Origin: Snodgrassella alvi
GTDB lineage: Bacteria; Pseudomonadota; Gammaproteobacteria; Burkholderiales; Neisseriaceae
Assembly (NCBI GenBank): GCA_946478525.1
Contig: CAMLCH010000006.1
Location: 22,210 to 86,209, forward strand
Direction: 5' to 3'
Length of the DNA: 64,000 nt
Shown: positions 61,593 to 64,000 of the stretch, piece by piece
Layout: every line of letters starts with the position of its first letter
How positions within the stretch are numbered: the first letter of the stretch is position 1
The notes under the pieces: generated by a model
Database searches by the model: none
What the model saw: only the letters and a program-made list of their open reading frames with translations
What the model was told of the DNA's origin: nothing
Position numbers and translations under genes: made by a program

Positions 61593-62381
61593 TTATCTAA
61601 CCGACATTAAATAAAATAACTGCATGATTAATATCGTCAACGCTACAATTGATGCCAGAGTCCAATTGAATTCTTTGGATAATTTATCCTGTTGATGATG
61701 AAGATATTCGGTTTTAGCATGGATAGCATCCGTTTTTTCAATGGTATCATTAAGCAATAACGGAACATCAGCCTGTCGCTGTGTTTCTCCTGGCAGTAAA
61801 GTAAAAACAAGATTATTAAGATTGCCGATATTACCATTCATTTCGATATTGGTCGCCCCAGCTTCCGGTACAGGGACCGGTGTATTAGGATTATTAACTA
61901 CAGAAGATGTCTGCAATGATTCATTATTGATAAGTTGTTTCTGCGGATTGCTTGTGTTTACTGCCTTAGCAACATTTGGTGTCCGTATTTCAAATTGATG
62001 GCTGGATGGTTTTAATAGCGTGTTCAGATTCGGGGGAGATTTTTCCGCCGATATTTGCGTTGTCGACCGAACTGAATTACTGGCTTGAACTGGTGATGGC
62101 ATATGTTGACGGTTGGCTGAGGCGTTTTGATTCATGCTTAGAACACTGGACAACATGTCCATCACTTCAGCAGCATGGGTGGATGAATTAGCCGATGAAC
62201 TGTTGTTTATGCTTACTTCCTGCTTGGCTGATGAAGCTGATTTTCTGGCAGCCGTTTTCGATACAATGGTAAAACGATGCTGGCATTGCCGGCATTCAAT
62301 ACGACAACCACCAGTGCTTGGTGGGGTAACATAATTTTCCCTATGACATTTGGGGCAGATTACAGTCATCGTTTTAGTCAT
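61593..62381 (-). CDS. MJ0042-type zinc-ribbon protein with a low-complexity linker and a C-terminal TM helix
   Basis: CPKC ... CRQC zinc ribbon at the N-terminus, an S/N/P-rich middle, and a terminal TM (WTLASIVALTILIMQLFYLM). It is located after prmA. Confidence 0.6.
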   Translation of the reverse strand: MTKTMTVICPKCHRENYVTPPSTGGCRIECRQCQHRFTIVSKTAARKSASSAKQEVSINNSSSANSSTHAAEVMDMLSSVLSMNQNASANRQHMPSPVQASNSVRSTTQISAEKSPPNLNTLLKPSSHQFEIRTPNVAKAVNTSNPQKQLINNESLQTSSVVNNPNTPVPVPEAGATNIEMNGNIGNLNNLVFTLLPGETQRQADVPLLLNDTIEKTDAIHAKTEYLHHQQDKLSKEFNWTLASIVALTILIMQLFYLMSVR

Positions 62382-62504
62382 AATGATTACAGCTAACTTG
62401 AATGTTAAATTAAAGGGTTAACCCAGCATGATCTGCATAATAGCATTAGCATAACAGAATTAAGTCAATCTCTAAACCACAACAGGTAATATTTAAGCAT
62501 ATTA

Positions 62505-63416
62505 TTATGCTTTTTTGGTACCACTTATGCATACCCAACCATCGTTTAACCGCGGCTGGTTTAATTTAAACCATTGTGCATAAATACTGCTAAGCTCATC
62601 TGTCTGTTCAGCCAGAATACCAGACAGAACTATTTGGCCGTCGGTACGGGTTCGCTCGGCCAGCATTTGTGCCAGCAGACGCAAAGGATTTGCCAGAATA
62701 TTTGCAATAACAATATCAAATTGTTCGTTTTCGGGTAGTTCATCAGGTAAAAAGAAACGTGCTTCAACCTGATTTTTCTGAGCATTCTCCCGGCTGGCGC
62801 GAATGGCTTGTTGATCAATATCCACACCAGTAGCACTTTGTGCCCCTAATTTTAATGCAGCAATAGTCAGAATACCGGATCCGCAGCCATAATCCAGAAC
62901 TTTTTCACCGCCATGAATATTTTGATCCAGCCACTGTAAACATAAATGTGTAGTGGGGTGGCTGCCAGTACCAAAGGCAAGACCGGGATCAAGTTGTAAA
63001 TTAATAACATCTGCCTTAGCAGGTTGTGTATGCCATGAGGGCGTAATCCATAATCTGGGTGAAATCTGAATAGGTTCAAATTGCGATTGGGTTAATCGCA
63101 CCCAGTCCTGTTCCGGAACAGATTCCAGATAATAAGCAGGCACAGCAATAGCGCAAGCTTGAGCAGCTTGCTGCACAATGATATTAATATCAGCCTGTTC
63201 ATCAAATAGTGCTACAATGTTGCTTTGTTGCCATACTTCTTCTGTAGGCATGTCTGGTTCACCAAAAATCGGCTGTTCATTTTCACTGCCGGCATTGGCG
63301 TCTTCAATGGCTGTACTGAGTGCACCGTGCTCAATCAGCGCATCGGATAAAACATCCACCTGATCCTGAGGTACTGTAATGACAACTTGTTGGTAATGCA
63401 TAATTTCTTTTATCAC
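62505..63416 (-). CDS. prmA: Ribosomal protein L11 methyltransferase
   Basis: LDPGLAFGTGSHPTT and VLDYGCGSGIL motifs, plus the accC-prmA synteny. Confidence 0.9.
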   Translation of the reverse strand: MIKEIMHYQQVVITVPQDQVDVLSDALIEHGALSTAIEDANAGSENEQPIFGEPDMPTEEVWQQSNIVALFDEQADINIIVQQAAQACAIAVPAYYLESVPEQDWVRLTQSQFEPIQISPRLWITPSWHTQPAKADVINLQLDPGLAFGTGSHPTTHLCLQWLDQNIHGGEKVLDYGCGSGILTIAALKLGAQSATGVDIDQQAIRASRENAQKNQVEARFFLPDELPENEQFDIVIANILANPLRLLAQMLAERTRTDGQIVLSGILAEQTDELSSIYAQWFKLNQPRLNDGWVCISGTKKA

Positions 63417-63443
63417 CGTAACGATAGGTTTTATATAAAACTT

Positions 63444-63468
63444 AAGGCAGCCACTGCGGCTGCCTGAA
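63444..63468 (-). terminator. Hairpin between accC and prmA formed by an inverted pair of a DUS-like motif
   Basis: Arms aggcagcc / ggctgcct with loop actgc. The right arm reads GGCTGCCTGAA. Confidence 0.5.
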
Positions 63469-63499
63469 AATTAAAGGCGCAATGTGTGCCTATTGTAAA

Positions 63500-64000
63500 T
63501 TATTTTTCGCTTTCTTTGTGTTTTTGTAACCATTGTTCAAGATAATGGATACTTTCCCCACCTTTAATGAAACCCGGATCGACAAAAATATCTCGATGCA
63601 GATTAGTATTGGTTTTAATACCGGTGATGGCTAACTCATTCAAAGCTACGCGCATTTTGGCAATTGCCTCTTCCCGATTACGACCGTGAGTACATACTTT
63701 ACCAATCATACTGTCATAGAAGGGAGGTACGGTATAACCCTGATAGATATGACTATCAATGCGAACCCCATTACCACCAGGTTGATGACAACTCGCTATT
63801 AAGCCCGGACTGGGTACAAATGTGTAGGGATCTTCAGCATTAATACGACATTCAAACGCATGGCCACGCAGAGTAATATCTTTTTGGGTGTAGGACAGTG
63901 GTAAACCAGAAGCAATACGGATTTGTTCCTGAACAATATCCACACCGGTAATCAGTTCTGTAATTGCATGTTCGACCTGTACGCGGGTATTCATTTCGAT
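63500..64000 (-). CDS. accC: Acetyl-CoA carboxylase biotin carboxylase subunit, C-terminal part; the 5' end lies outside the window
   Basis: [15 protein letters not shown] motif and the biotin carboxylase C-terminal domain. The frame is open to the window edge. Confidence 0.9.
   Translation of the reverse strand: MEMNTRVQVEHAITELITGVDIVQEQIRIASGLPLSYTQKDITLRGHAFECRINAEDPYTFVPSPGLIASCHQPGGNGVRIDSHIYQGYTVPPFYDSMIGKVCTHGRNREEAIAKMRVALNELAITGIKTNTNLHRDIFVDPGFIKGGESIHYLEQWLQKHKESEK

Noticed and set aside
1-64000. Search for tRNA, rRNA, CRISPR arrays, IS elements or transposases, integrases and Correia-like repeats
   Set aside because: I could not recognise any by eye. I saw no T-arm-like GGTTCGAATCC motifs, no regularly spaced repeats, and no transposase or integrase-like ORFs. 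A covariance-model or ISfinder search would be needed for certainty.

Overview
The window is mostly a conserved housekeeping chromosome segment from a low-GC Gram-negative bacterium. By inference only, the gene order suggests a Neisseriaceae-like betaproteobacterium: mlaFEDCB-mlaA in one operon, a single-parvulin SurA, accC-prmA followed by a zinc-ribbon gene, and an enriched DUS-like motif.

Gene content from left to right:
- The dcw cell-wall and division cluster (ftsI 3' end, murE, murF, mraY, murD, ftsW, murG, murC, ddl, ftsQ, ftsA, ftsZ).
- parC, a PilS/PilR-like sigma54-dependent two-component pair, and rsmJ.
- A divergent AmgK-like kinase gene next to lptD-surA-pdxA.
- mlaFEDCB-mlaA, a Tat-signal SLT transglycosylase, and ssb.
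- greA, yhbY, rlmE-ftsH-folP-glmM, a dedA-family gene, plsY, folB, and a stand-alone nnrE-like gene.
- hemN and fnr (divergent), a kinase-like gene, potABC, coaBC, dut, ppk, a hexapeptide acetyltransferase, yggX, a zinc-ribbon protein, prmA, and the accC 3' end.

I recognised no rRNA, tRNA, CRISPR array, transposase or integrase.

Three visibly AT-rich, gene-poor stretches interrupt the core:
- About 32.3-35.2 kb: small secreted orphan ORFs plus a decayed paralog fragment.
- About 45.3-48.26 kb: an ORF with an Rx4H (HEPN-like) signature, interrupted at a T8 tract, plus a small orphan ORF.
- About 50.6-51.7 kb: no ORFs.

The best candidate for an undescribed system is the 45.3-48.26 kb island, a possible HEPN-type defence or abortive-infection module with a possible homopolymer switch. 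All functional calls rest on motif recognition by eye and on synteny. No database search was run.
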